Assembly: GCA_035525285.1 (NCBI GenBank)
Contig: DATLFB010000044.1
Span: 108,441-172,440, forward strand
Source of the DNA: Thermoanaerobaculia bacterium
Lineage (GTDB): Bacteria; Acidobacteriota; Thermoanaerobaculia; Gp7-AA8
Direction: 5' to 3'
Length of the DNA stretch: 64,000 bases
The position numbers and the translations under genes were made by a program. The notes beneath the pieces are model-generated. The model saw only the letters and a program-made list of their open reading frames with translations, was not told the DNA's origin and made no database searches. Positions 7,815 to 17,385 of this stretch are shown in pieces (the stretch's first letter is position 1; every line of letters begins with the position of its first letter).

Positions 7815-10800
7815 ATGTCCGTTTCACGTCGTTTGAGTTTGTTTGTGGTCCTGAGCTTGTTCGTGCTCGCGCCTGCGGCGATCGCCCAGGTCACGACAGG
7901 CAATCTCGGAGGAGAGGTGACCGCAGGGGGAGACGGCAGTGCGCTCCCCGGCGTCACGATCGAAGCAGTCCATGTTCCCACCGGAACGCGTTATGGCACG
8001 GTGAGCGGCGGCAACGGCCGGTACCTGATCCCGAACGTGCGCGTCGGCGGGCCGTACACGGTCACCGCGAATCTGTCGGGATTCCGTCCCGCCGAGGTCA
8101 CGGGCGTGAGCGTTCCGCTCGGCGGCACGACCAATGTTGCGATCAAGCTTCAGCTGGAAGCGGTGTCGGAAGCGATCACCGTGACCGCCGACGTCGATCC
8201 GATCATCAATCCGAACCGGACCGGCGCAACGTCGGCCGTGTCGGAAGAGCAGATCGAATCGCTGCCGACGGTGAATCGCAGTCTGCAGGATTTCGCGCGC
8301 ACGAATCCGTACTTCAACGTCGATCCGATCGACGCGACGTCGACGCGCATGACCGTCGCCGGCAAGAACAACCGCTACAACACCGTTCAGATCGACGGCG
8401 CGGTCAACAACGATCTGTTCGGTCTCGCCGACACGGGCACGCCGGGCGGCCAGGCGGACCTGCAGCCGATCGCGATCGATGCCATTCAGGAACTGCAGCT
8501 CGTCGTTTCACCGTATGACGTCCGCCAGGGCGGATTCACCGGCGGCGGCGTGAATGCCATCACCCGTTCCGGAACGAATGACTTCCACGGCTCCGTCTTC
8601 TACACCAAGCGCGACTCCTCGTACGTCGGCGACGGCCCTAACGAGGTCGAGGTCGACGAATTCGACTTCGAACAGTACGGCGGCCGCCTGGGAGGACCGA
8701 TCCTGCGCGACCGTCTCTTCTTCTTCGTCACCGGTGAAACGACGAAGCGTCAGGAGCCCACGGGCGTTTCCGCGGAGGCTGGCAGCCCCTCGGTGAGCGC
8801 GACGATCGCCGGTCTTGCCGCACAGGCCGCGGCGATCGCGAAGTCGAAGTATGGTTACGATCCCGGATCGCTCGGCGATTTCCCGGAGGCTCGCGACGGC
8901 GACAATCTGTTCGGCCGTCTCGACTGGAACATCGGATCGTCGCACCAACTCACGCTGCGCCACAACTACGTGGAAGGCGCCCGTGACGTCGTCTCCGACC
9001 GTTTCTTCACTCGCTTCCGCTTCGAGAGCTCGACCTACGCGTTCGCCAGCGAGACCAACTCCACGGTCGCGCAGCTGAACAGCACGTTCGGCGCAAACTC
9101 CTACAACGAGGCGCGCGTCGGACTGCAGACCATCAAAGAGCAGCGCGCGGTCCCGACGGTGTTCCCCTCCATCGAGATCGGCGGCGCACCGCGCGCCGCG
9201 CAGATCATCCTCGGCACGGAGCGTTTCTCCGGCGCCAACGCGCTCGATCAGGACATCCTCGAAGTCACCGATGACTTCACCTGGCTGCGCGGCAATCACA
9301 CCATCACCGTCGGCACCCACAACGAGTTCTTCGAGTTCAAGAACCTGTTCATGTCCGATGCGTACGGCTACTACTTCTTCCCGACCATCGCCGACTTCGA
9401 AGCCGGCAGGCCGCGCGAGTACAGCATCACGTTCGCCACGGGCAGCAATCCGCGCCGCCCGACGCAGTTCGAGGTCGCCCAGTACGGAATCTACGTGAGC
9501 GATCAGTGGCGCGTGAACGACGCCGTGGCGCTGACGATGGGCGTGCGCGCCGACATGCCGCGCTTCGCTGACACGCCGAGCCATAACCCGGCCGTCCTCG
9601 CCGCGATCGGTTTCGACACGGCCGAGACAGCGTCGGAGAGCGCAGTGATCTCGCCGCGCTTCGGCTTCAACTGGCAGCCCGGCGGCACCGGTACGCAGCA
9701 GGTTCGCGGCGGCATCGGCGTCTTTACCGGCCGCACGCCGTATGTCTGGATCTCCAACGCCTACGGCAACACGGGCGTCGAACAGGTCGCGCTGAGCTGC
9801 AGTGGCCTGGGCTGCACGCCGTTCGTGACCGATCCGCTGAACCAGCCGAGGGACTTCCCCCCCGGCACGGGCGCGTTCTCGGTCGATCTGATCGATCCCG
9901 ACTTCCAGCTCCCGCGCGTTCTCCGCGCCACGCTCGGCTACGACCGTGAGCTGTTCGCCGGCATCCGCGGCACGGCGGAAGTGGTCTGGACGAAGAACCT
10001 CGAAGATGTCTACTACCACAACGTGAACAAGGTCCAGACCGGCACGAGCCCGCTCGACGGACGTCCGCGGTACGGCAACGTCAGCACTTCCATGCGCGAT
10101 GCGATCCTGCTCACCAACACGGACAAGGGCGAGCAGCGCATTCTCTCGCTGCAGGTCAACAAGTCGTTCAGCCGCGGCTTCGCATTCTCGGCTTCCTACG
10201 CGAATCAGGACGCGAAGTCGGGCTTCGACGGAACGTCCAGCCGCGCCATTTCCAACTGGCAGTTCCACCACACCAAAGGCGACATCTTCAACGCCGAGGA
10301 ATCGCGCTCGGCGTTCGAGATCGAGCATCGCTTCACCGTGTCCACGAGCTGGAACTTCTCGACCGGCCCGGTCGGACACACGCTCGCGTTCTACTACAAC
10401 GCGCAGTCGGGCCGTCCGTACTCGCTGCTCTTCGGCACGGACATCAACGGCGACGGATACTCGACGAACGACCTGCTCTACGTCCCCGCCGCCGGCAATG
10501 TGATCATCCAGAAGAACGCCGGCTCCACGTGGTCGGCGAGCCCCGATCAGCAGTGGCTCAACTATCTCGAAGGCGCGGGGCTCGATGGGGATTGCGATTG
10601 CATTCTCGACCGCTACGCGAGCACCGAGCCGTGGTCGCGTCAGCTCGACCTGCACTACGAGCTCGGTCTCCCGGTGTACCGCGAGTTCCTCACCAACCTG
10701 ACGTTCGACGTGCTCAACGTGTTCAACATGTTCTCGAACGACAGCGGCGTCGTCCGCTTCGTGTCGAACCAGAACTTCCTGCCGGTAACGTATCAGGGTC

Positions 10801-10931
10801 AGGATGCGGCGACCGGCAAGCCGATCTATCGCGAGCGCTTCGCGAATGCTCTCGCGGTCGGCAGCCAGTTCTCGACCGCGGACATCCGCTCGCGGTGGCA
10901 GGCGCGTGTCGGCCTCCGCGTGACGTTCTAG
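7815..10931 (+). CDS. TonB-dependent outer-membrane receptor with an N-terminal carboxypeptidase-regulatory-like domain
   Basis: An AGGAGG Shine-Dalgarno precedes the start. The signal peptide is followed by NGRYLIPNVRVGGPYTVTANLSGF (CarboxypepD_reg-like). The 1038-aa product is beta-rich and ends in a C-terminal aromatic (LRVTF). Confidence 0.9.
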   Translation: MSVSRRLSLFVVLSLFVLAPAAIAQVTTGNLGGEVTAGGDGSALPGVTIEAVHVPTGTRYGTVSGGNGRYLIPNVRVGGPYTVTANLSGFRPAEVTGVSVPLGGTTNVAIKLQLEAVSEAITVTADVDPIINPNRTGATSAVSEEQIESLPTVNRSLQDFARTNPYFNVDPIDATSTRMTVAGKNNRYNTVQIDGAVNNDLFGLADTGTPGGQADLQPIAIDAIQELQLVVSPYDVRQGGFTGGGVNAITRSGTNDFHGSVFYTKRDSSYVGDGPNEVEVDEFDFEQYGGRLGGPILRDRLFFFVTGETTKRQEPTGVSAEAGSPSVSATIAGLAAQAAAIAKSKYGYDPGSLGDFPEARDGDNLFGRLDWNIGSSHQLTLRHNYVEGARDVVSDRFFTRFRFESSTYAFASETNSTVAQLNSTFGANSYNEARVGLQTIKEQRAVPTVFPSIEIGGAPRAAQIILGTERFSGANALDQDILEVTDDFTWLRGNHTITVGTHNEFFEFKNLFMSDAYGYYFFPTIADFEAGRPREYSITFATGSNPRRPTQFEVAQYGIYVSDQWRVNDAVALTMGVRADMPRFADTPSHNPAVLAAIGFDTAETASESAVISPRFGFNWQPGGTGTQQVRGGIGVFTGRTPYVWISNAYGNTGVEQVALSCSGLGCTPFVTDPLNQPRDFPPGTGAFSVDLIDPDFQLPRVLRATLGYDRELFAGIRGTAEVVWTKNLEDVYYHNVNKVQTGTSPLDGRPRYGNVSTSMRDAILLTNTDKGEQRILSLQVNKSFSRGFAFSASYANQDAKSGFDGTSSRAISNWQFHHTKGDIFNAEESRSAFEIEHRFTVSTSWNFSTGPVGHTLAFYYNAQSGRPYSLLFGTDINGDGYSTNDLLYVPAAGNVIIQKNAGSTWSASPDQQWLNYLEGAGLDGDCDCILDRYASTEPWSRQLDLHYELGLPVYREFLTNLTFDVLNVFNMFSNDSGVVRFVSNQNFLPVTYQGQDAATGKPIYRERFANALAVGSQFSTADIRSRWQARVGLRVTF

Positions 10932-10956
10932 TCCTCAGCCAACGCATCGACGGAAC

Positions 10957-10988
10957 GGCCGCCCGGCAACGGGCGGCCGTTTTTGTTT
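10957..10988 (+). terminator. rho-independent terminator after the TonB-dependent receptor gene
   Basis: A GC stem (ggccgcccg gcaa cgggcggcc) is followed by tttttgttt. Confidence 0.7.
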
Positions 10989-10998
10989 AGAGTGCGCC

Positions 10999-11832
10999 AT
11001 GCGCAAGACGATTCTCATCCTCGCACTCGTCGCCTCCGGCTGTGCGACGTCGACACCGCCGCAGGTCCAGCCGCAGCAGCAGTGCAATCCCGGCCACGCT
11101 CTGCTCAACGCAACGGTCTGGGTACAGAGCTCCGCCGAATATCGCGCCGCCGTCCTCGGCACATGGACCTCCGCGCGACGCGCGCTCGATGCGGCACTCG
11201 CCGATCCGTCGTGGAACGTCGAGGAGGGAACGAGCGATCCGGCGCAGCCGCCCGCGATCATCCTCGACGCGGACGAGACGGTCATCGACAACGCTTCCTA
11301 CGAGGCGCGCGTGATCAAGGCCGGAAAGTCGTACGACGCGGAGACATGGAAGCAGTGGGTCAGCGAGTCGGCGGCGCGCGCGGTTCCGGGCGCGGCGGAG
11401 TTCCTCGCCTGGGCGAAGAGCCGCGGCGTGACGCCGTTCTACATCACGAACCGCGATCATCCCGAGGAGGCGGAGGGAACGCTGCGCAATCTGCAGAACC
11501 TCGGCTATCCGCTCGACCCGAACGTCGACACGCTGCTACTGCGCGGCGAGCGTCCGGAGTGGAAGTCCGACAAGGGATCGCGCCGCGCGCACGTCGCGTC
11601 GAGCTATCGCGTGCTGCTGCTCTTCGGCGACGACCTCAATGACTTCGCGAACGCGCGCGACAAGAGCGCGGCCGAGCGCGAGGAGATCGTGCGCAGCAAC
11701 GCGAGCCGCTGGGGCACGCAGTGGTTCATGATCCCGAATCCGATGTACGGCTCGTGGGAACGCGCGATCACCGCAGGCACCGGCACGCCGTGCGAACAGG
11801 TGCAGAAGAAGGTGGATTCGCTGCGGCCGTAG
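10999..11832 (+). CDS. HAD class B acid phosphatase / 5'-nucleotidase, lipoprotein e(P4) family
   Basis: A lipobox (LVASGC) is present, with the HAD motifs DADETVIDN and LLFGDDLNDF. Confidence 0.8.
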   Translation: MRKTILILALVASGCATSTPPQVQPQQQCNPGHALLNATVWVQSSAEYRAAVLGTWTSARRALDAALADPSWNVEEGTSDPAQPPAIILDADETVIDNASYEARVIKAGKSYDAETWKQWVSESAARAVPGAAEFLAWAKSRGVTPFYITNRDHPEEAEGTLRNLQNLGYPLDPNVDTLLLRGERPEWKSDKGSRRAHVASSYRVLLLFGDDLNDFANARDKSAAEREEIVRSNASRWGTQWFMIPNPMYGSWERAITAGTGTPCEQVQKKVDSLRP

Positions 11833-11857
11833 AGCTCTGCATAGGTTGCATTCGCTC

Positions 11858-11965
11858 GTCATCCCGAGCGTGAGCGAGGGACCTGGGGGCTCGGGAGGGC
11901 GCATGAATGTTCGTTTCTCGCCCCGCCCAACCACCCAGGTTCCTCGCTCACGCTTCGGAATGACA
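11858..11965. repeat. large palindromic element of the GTCATYCCGAGCG...CGCTCGGRATGAC family (translates as SLTLGMT)
   Basis: gtcatcccgagcgtgagcgagggacc ... ggttcctcgctcacgcttcggaatgaca. It lies between convergent genes. The same family occurs at 47700-47770 and 60761-60854. Confidence 0.85.
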
Positions 11966-12013
11966 ACTTCTGCAGAGTTCCTTTTTGGCTCCCGAGCTGG
12001 AGCAGGTCGCGCG

Positions 12014-12865
12014 CTAAAGATCTACGCGAGACGCTTCATGAGTTCGCGCCGGCCGCGCCGAAGCGCTTCGGTGATTGCGAGTACGACTTCGCGAAACGAT
12101 CTCCGGCCACACTTCGTGAATCGCGGCCGCCCATCCCGCCGGTCCGGGGAACGGCGCGATGCGCGCGGCGGGCACGTTCGCGAGCAGCTCCGCGTCAGGC
12201 GTGCCTTCCGCGGACGGAACGACGATGGCGATGTCCGCGCGGCTCAGAAACTCGGCATCGACCGGCGTGCCGCCGAGCGCGATGGCTGCCTCGCAACGCA
12301 GTTCTTCGCGAAGGCACAGGAATGCTTTCCCTTCATCGCACGCGCGGCGGAGATGGAAGAACGTTCGTCCGCGGCGGATCGAGAATCCGAGGGACGCCGC
12401 CGCCTGCGCCACTTTCTCGACGTCCCCGCTTTCGATCACGAACGGTTCGCTGAAGCAGCGCCGCGTCGAGCGGCGGAGGATCTCGCCCGAACGGCCTGAG
12501 AGCAGCGCCGCCTCGGCTGCGGGCAACGCCGAGTACACGAGCAATCCGGCGCCGGAAAGCTCTTCGATCTCCCGGATCACATCGAGCAGCGTGTCCGCGG
12601 CGGGGCCGCACTCTTCGACGTCCCACCGGCTGCCGCTCCATCGCGCAATCGCTCCGCCGGCCTCGATGATCATCGCGTCGCGGAATCCGAGCTCCCGCGC
12701 GATGGGCTCGATCTCCTCGAGCGTCATCACCGTCACCGGAACGACCGGAACGCCCGCGCTCTGCAGCCGGCGCAGCGGCGTACGAATCGCACTGCTGTCG
12801 AGGGTGACGGGATCGAGCAGTATGCCGTCGACCGCCGTGAACACGGCGCGACTCGGGATGTCCAT
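12014..12865 (-). CDS. HAD-IIB family hydrolase (mannosyl/glucosyl-3-phosphoglycerate phosphatase-like)
   Basis: The N-terminal motif VFTAVDGILLD matches HAD motif I. It is divergent from otsA. Confidence 0.6.
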   Translation of the reverse strand: MDIPSRAVFTAVDGILLDPVTLDSSAIRTPLRRLQSAGVPVVPVTVMTLEEIEPIARELGFRDAMIIEAGGAIARWSGSRWDVEECGPAADTLLDVIREIEELSGAGLLVYSALPAAEAALLSGRSGEILRRSTRRCFSEPFVIESGDVEKVAQAAASLGFSIRRGRTFFHLRRACDEGKAFLCLREELRCEAAIALGGTPVDAEFLSRADIAIVVPSAEGTPDAELLANVPAARIAPFPGPAGWAAAIHEVWPEIVSRSRTRNHRSASARPARTHEASRVDL

Positions 12866-13018
12866 CCCGGCACGGTAGATCCAGACGGCGCCGGTCTCAA
12901 TCCGGCAAAGGGGGGAGACGTGCCGGGCTCACCTGTGACTTTCACATGGGGCCTCCCCCGCAGACCGGATGTACATCGACGCGGGCCGGTTCTAACGTGC
13001 GCCACGGAGAGAGCGAAC

Positions 13019-14581
13019 ATGTCCGATCCGAGGATTCCGCGAACGCAGCCTGCGCGCCCTGACGGCGCGGCACGTCTGCGCGCGTTCGCGGGGTCGAAAA
13101 TCCCGAAGAGCGCCCTGGTCGTGATCGCGAATCGCGAGCCGTACGCGCACGAATGGAGCGACGACGGCAGCGTCGTCGTGCAGGTCCCCGCCAGCGGTCT
13201 CGTGACCGGAATCGAGCCGATTCTGCGTGCGTGCGGCGGCACGTGGATCGCGCACGCGAGCGGATCCGCGGACCGCGCACACGCGGATGACTTCGGCCGG
13301 CTCTCCGTGCCGCCGGCTGCGCCGGAGTACACGCTGCGCCGGCTGTGGACGGACGAGGAGACCTACGAGCGGTTCTACTCCGGTCTCGCGAACGAAGGGC
13401 TATGGCCGCTCTGCCACACCGCGTATGCCCAGCCGGCGTTTCGCACGGCCGACTGGGCGGCGTATCAGAACGTGAACGAGACCTTTGCGCGCGCGGCGGC
13501 GGACGAGACGACGGCGGAAGGTCTGCTGCTCATCCAGGACTACCATTTCGCGCTCGTGCCGCGCATCGTGCGCGACGAGGCTCCTCACATCGTGACGAGC
13601 CTCTTCTGGCATGTCCCGTGGCCGGGCGCGGAGACGATCGCCATCTTCCCGTGGAAGGAGGCCCTGCTGGAGGGAATGCTCGGCGCCGACATCATCGGCT
13701 TCCACACCCAGCAGTACTGTCTCAACTTCCTCGACACGGCGCAGCGCTATCTCGAATGCCGCGTCGATCGCGAGGAGCTGTCGATCTCGTACGGCGGCCA
13801 CCGCACGCACGTGCGCCGCTATCCGATCAGCGTCGAGTGGCCCTACCGCGGCGCCTCTCGCGCGCAGGGAAACGCTCTGCGCCGCGCCCTCGGCATCCCA
13901 CTCGACACGCACGTGAGCGTCGGCGTCGATCGCGCCGATTACACGAAGGGTCTGATCGAGCGCATCGCCGCCGTCGAGCAGTTCCTCGAAGAGAATCCCT
14001 CGCTGATCGGCCGGTACGTCCTCGTGCAGCTCGCATCTCCCACGCGCACGCGCATTCGCAGATACCGGCAGGTCATGGACGATCTGCTCGAGGCCGTGAA
14101 CGCGATCAACGAGCGCTTCGGCACGGCAGACTGGAAACCGGTCCTGCTGCACATGCGAACCTTCTCTTCCGACGAGGTGAAGGAGCATTACGCGATGGCG
14201 GACAGCGCGCTCGTCACGCCGCTGCATGACGGCATGAACCTCGTCGCCAAGGAATACGCGGCGGCGTGTGAAGACGGCGACGGTGCACTCGTCCTGAGCA
14301 TTTTCGCCGGCGCCGCGAAAGAGCTCGACGGAGCGCTGCTGGTCAATCCGTACGACACGCAGCAGGTCGGCCGCGCGATTCTTCGTGCGATCCGCATGCC
14401 TCTGGCCGAACGACGCGCGCGCATGCAGACGATGCGCGAGCGCATCGCCGCCAGCTCGATCTTCGACTGGTCCGAGCGCCTGCTGACCGACATGCGTGAT
14501 GTGCAGAAGAAGCGTACGCGCTTCTGGCCGCAGCGTCCGCAGGAGGAGGAGAAACGAAGGCGCGTGGTGATCGCGGGATGA
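13019..14581 (+). CDS. otsA: alpha,alpha-trehalose-phosphate synthase (GT20)
   Basis: Contains LWPLCHT, LIQDYHFALVPRIVR, and FWHVPWPG..DIIGFHTQQYCLNFL. The ATG at 13019 is preceded by GGAGAG. The ORF-track start at 12920 is probably an upstream extension. Confidence 0.85.
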   Translation: MSDPRIPRTQPARPDGAARLRAFAGSKIPKSALVVIANREPYAHEWSDDGSVVVQVPASGLVTGIEPILRACGGTWIAHASGSADRAHADDFGRLSVPPAAPEYTLRRLWTDEETYERFYSGLANEGLWPLCHTAYAQPAFRTADWAAYQNVNETFARAAADETTAEGLLLIQDYHFALVPRIVRDEAPHIVTSLFWHVPWPGAETIAIFPWKEALLEGMLGADIIGFHTQQYCLNFLDTAQRYLECRVDREELSISYGGHRTHVRRYPISVEWPYRGASRAQGNALRRALGIPLDTHVSVGVDRADYTKGLIERIAAVEQFLEENPSLIGRYVLVQLASPTRTRIRRYRQVMDDLLEAVNAINERFGTADWKPVLLHMRTFSSDEVKEHYAMADSALVTPLHDGMNLVAKEYAAACEDGDGALVLSIFAGAAKELDGALLVNPYDTQQVGRAILRAIRMPLAERRARMQTMRERIAASSIFDWSERLLTDMRDVQKKRTRFWPQRPQEEEKRRRVVIAG

Positions 14582-15282
14582 TCGCGCAGCCGGTGCTGCT
14601 CGCGTTCGACTTCGACGGCACGCTCGCACCGATCCGCGAAGATCCCGTGGAGGTGCGGATGAACCGTGCCGCCACCGCGCTGCTCGAGGAAGCGTCGCGC
14701 ATGGAAGGAATCGTGGTGGCGATCGTGTCGGGACGCGACGCGGACGATCTCGCCGCGCGCACGCACACGCCCGGCGCGTACCTCATTGCGTCGCATGGCC
14801 TGGAGATCCGCGCGCCGGGCGGCGTGCTCGTGCGCGACGCCCCGCCGCTGCAGGCGGACCTCGATTCCGAGCTCCGCGGCGAGATCGAGGCGAGCGGCCT
14901 GCGGCTCGAGGCGAAGAAGCACGCGCTCGCACTGCACTGGCGCGGAATCCCGTTCCAGGCGATCGCGCCGGTGGCCGAGCTCTTCCGTGCATGGGCGCGC
15001 GAGGCGGATCTCGACGTAATCGAAGGCCGGTGCGTGGTCGAGGCCCGTTGCCGCGGCGGCGGGAAGGAACAGGCCCTGCGCTGGCTGGCGGGCGTCATCG
15101 GCGCCTCACGCGTCATCTACGCCGGCGACGACCTCACCGACTTCGGCGCGCTCCGTTTCGCGGCGGCGCATGGACGGGGCGTCTTCGTCGCCAGCGACGA
15201 GCGCAGCGCACCTCCCGACGTGACCGTCGTCGCGTCCTTTCGCGAGCTCTACCGCGTCATCCGTGAGGAAGTGATGATGTGA
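14578..15282 (+). CDS. otsB: trehalose-6-phosphate phosphatase (HAD-IIB)
   Basis: Contains LLAFDFDGTLAPI and YAGDDLTDF. Its start overlaps the otsA stop. Confidence 0.8.
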   Translation: MIAQPVLLAFDFDGTLAPIREDPVEVRMNRAATALLEEASRMEGIVVAIVSGRDADDLAARTHTPGAYLIASHGLEIRAPGGVLVRDAPPLQADLDSELRGEIEASGLRLEAKKHALALHWRGIPFQAIAPVAELFRAWAREADLDVIEGRCVVEARCRGGGKEQALRWLAGVIGASRVIYAGDDLTDFGALRFAAAHGRGVFVASDERSAPPDVTVVASFRELYRVIREEVMM

Positions 15283-16694
15283 CGAGCCGCGTTACCAGCA
15301 GACGTCACATGCAATTTCTCCGCGGATGGCAAAACAGAGTGTTCCGGACGTGGCCAGTCGCGGCGGCCGCGTTTGCCGGTCTGCTGCTGCTCATCGGGAC
15401 GACCGTACTCTCCACTTCGCGCAAGGCCCAGGAGATCTACACACAGCTCGATCAGCTGAACACCCATCACCGCGAGGTCGAAGGGAAACTGCGCCGGCTT
15501 CGCTCGGACGTCCATCTCTCGGGCATCTACATCCGCGACTATCTGCTCGACACCGATCGCGAGCGCGCTCCCGAGTATCGCGAGCGGCTCACGCAGCTTC
15601 GCCGCAGCCACGAGGTGACGGTGAAGGAACTGCGCGCGCTCTCGCCGCCGGAAGCGGCGCAGCGGATCGATCATCTGGAGGCGCGGCTCGGCGAGTACTG
15701 GCAGGCCTTCGAGCCGCTGTTCGACTGGTCGGTCGTCGAGAAGATCATGCGCAGCGCGCGTTTTCTGCGGCGCGAAGTGCTGCCGCGCCGCGAGGCGGTG
15801 CTGGCCATCACCCGCGACATCGAGATGCTCAACGACTCGAATCTCAGCGCGCAGCGCGCCGAGGCAGCGCGGCGGCAGAAAGCGTTCCGCAACGATCTCC
15901 TGGTGAGCCTCCGGAAAAGCCTGCTCCTCGGCCTCGTCGTCGCGCTCATCGCCGTCCTCCGCCTGCGCGCGCTCGAGCGCCGGTCCGTCGTGCAGCGGCT
16001 GCATGCCGAGCATGCCGAACACGAGATGCGCCTGCTCTCCCAGCAGCTCGTCGCGGCGCAGGAGGAAGAGCGCAAGAAACTGACCCGCGAGCTGCACGAT
16101 CACGTCGGCCAGATGCTCACCGCGCTCCGTCTGGAGCTCGGACGCGCGCAGCGCGAGCGTAGCGGCGACGACACGCGAACGAGCCGCACGCTCGCCGAAT
16201 GCAAGCGCCTCGTCGACACGATCCTGCGATCGGTACGCGATCTGGTGATGGGGCTTCGTCCGAGCATGCTCGACGACTTCGGCCTCCAGCCCGCGCTCGA
16301 ATGGCACGTGCGCGACTTCCGCCGACGCACGAACATCCGTGTCGACCTGCATCTGGACGGAAATCTCGACGCACTCCCCGATCCGCACCGCACGTGCGTC
16401 TACCGGATCGTGCAGGAGGCACTGACGAACTGCGCGCGCCACGCGCGTGCGAAGCTCGCCGGCGTCGCAGTGACGCTCGATGACGAACAGCTGGAGCTGA
16501 TCGTGTCGGACGACGGCGTCGGGCTCCCCTCGGGGCAGGCCCGCGGCGTCGGCCTCCTCGGCATCGAAGAGCGCGTGCGCGAGCTCGAGGGAACATTCGC
16601 CGTGCGCACGCGAGCGGAGGGAGGAACCGAGCTGCGCGTCAGCCTGCCCGTACCGAAATCGGAGGTCATCGAACTTGCGAGTGCTGCTGGCTGA
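15279..16694 (+). CDS. sensor histidine kinase, NarX/DesK-like (HisKA_3 plus HATPase_c)
   Basis: An N-terminal TM helix is followed by a periplasmic/4-helix sensor region. The H-box is ELHDHVGQMLTALRLEL, and the C-terminal ATPase motifs (DDGVGL, GLLGIEERV) are present. The GTG start at 15279 overlaps the otsB stop. An ATG at 15309 is an alternative start. Confidence 0.8.
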   Translation: MTSRVTSRRHMQFLRGWQNRVFRTWPVAAAAFAGLLLLIGTTVLSTSRKAQEIYTQLDQLNTHHREVEGKLRRLRSDVHLSGIYIRDYLLDTDRERAPEYRERLTQLRRSHEVTVKELRALSPPEAAQRIDHLEARLGEYWQAFEPLFDWSVVEKIMRSARFLRREVLPRREAVLAITRDIEMLNDSNLSAQRAEAARRQKAFRNDLLVSLRKSLLLGLVVALIAVLRLRALERRSVVQRLHAEHAEHEMRLLSQQLVAAQEEERKKLTRELHDHVGQMLTALRLELGRAQRERSGDDTRTSRTLAECKRLVDTILRSVRDLVMGLRPSMLDDFGLQPALEWHVRDFRRRTNIRVDLHLDGNLDALPDPHRTCVYRIVQEALTNCARHARAKLAGVAVTLDDEQLELIVSDDGVGLPSGQARGVGLLGIEERVRELEGTFAVRTRAEGGTELRVSLPVPKSEVIELASAAG

Positions 16695-17316
16695 CGATCA
16701 CGCCATCGTGCGCCGCGGCATGCGCGCGCTGCTGGAGACCGAGCCGACGGTCGAGGTCGTGGCCGAAGCCGCGGACGGCCTCGAGGCCGTGAAGTTGTGC
16801 GAGGAACATCGCCCCGACCTGCTGATCCTCGACATCGCCATGCCGAAGCTGAACGGCATCGACGTCGCGATGAGATGCCTCAAACTGCAGCCTTCCGCAC
16901 AGGCGATCATGCTCAGCATGCACGCCGACGAGTCGTACATCATGCGCTCGCTCTACGCGGGGGCGCGCGCCTACCTGCTCAAGGACGCGACCGATGAAGA
17001 CCTGCTGCCGGCCGTGCGCGCGGTGGCCGCCGGCAAGTCGTACTTCAGTCCGACCGTGACGGGCGTGCTCGCCGAGGAGTACGTGCAGCAACTGCAGGAG
17101 CGCGGCCTCACCGATTCGTATCACCTGCTCACGGACCGGGAGAAGGAAGTCCTGCAACTGCTCGCCGAGGGGCGCTCGAACAAGGAAGTCGCGGCGCTCC
17201 TCGACGTCGGCGTGTCGACGGTCGAAACGCATCGCGCGAACCTGATGCAGAAGCTCAATCTGCACAGCACGGCCGAGATCGTGTTGTACGCGGTGCGGAA
17301 GCGGCTGATCGTGTAA
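16675..17316 (+). CDS. NarL/LuxR-family response regulator
   Basis: A receiver domain (LLADDHAIVRRG...LILDIAMP) and a LuxR helix-turn-helix (EKEVLQLLAEGRSNKEVAALLDVGVSTVETHR) are present. Confidence 0.85.
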   Translation: MRVLLADDHAIVRRGMRALLETEPTVEVVAEAADGLEAVKLCEEHRPDLLILDIAMPKLNGIDVAMRCLKLQPSAQAIMLSMHADESYIMRSLYAGARAYLLKDATDEDLLPAVRAVAAGKSYFSPTVTGVLAEEYVQQLQERGLTDSYHLLTDREKEVLQLLAEGRSNKEVAALLDVGVSTVETHRANLMQKLNLHSTAEIVLYAVRKRLIV

Positions 17317-17333
17317 CGCTGTTATCCTTCGAG

Positions 17334-17381
17334 GAGGGCGGACGTCTCGTCCGCCCTGGCGGACGGGACGTCCGCCCTCCA
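17334..17381. repeat. nested palindromic element GGAGGGCGGACGTCYCGTCCGCC-N-GGCGGACGGGACGTCCGCCCTCC
   Basis: An exact inverted repeat. Each arm is itself a palindrome. The element ends 4 nt before the kinase ATG at 17386. Further copies at 50728, 59982 and 62503 lie inside coding genes. Confidence 0.9.
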
Positions 17382-17385
17382 TACC

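Noticed and set aside
8508-10655. 715-aa ORF antisense to the TonB-dependent receptor
   Set aside because: Arg-rich, no motifs, and opposite a strongly supported TonB-dependent receptor frame.
13400-16600. Multiple long minus-strand ORFs (13400..14629, 14343..15116, 15249..16442) opposite otsA/otsB and the kinase
   Set aside because: Antisense artefacts of high-GC coding DNA. The plus-strand frames carry GT20, HAD and histidine-kinase motifs.
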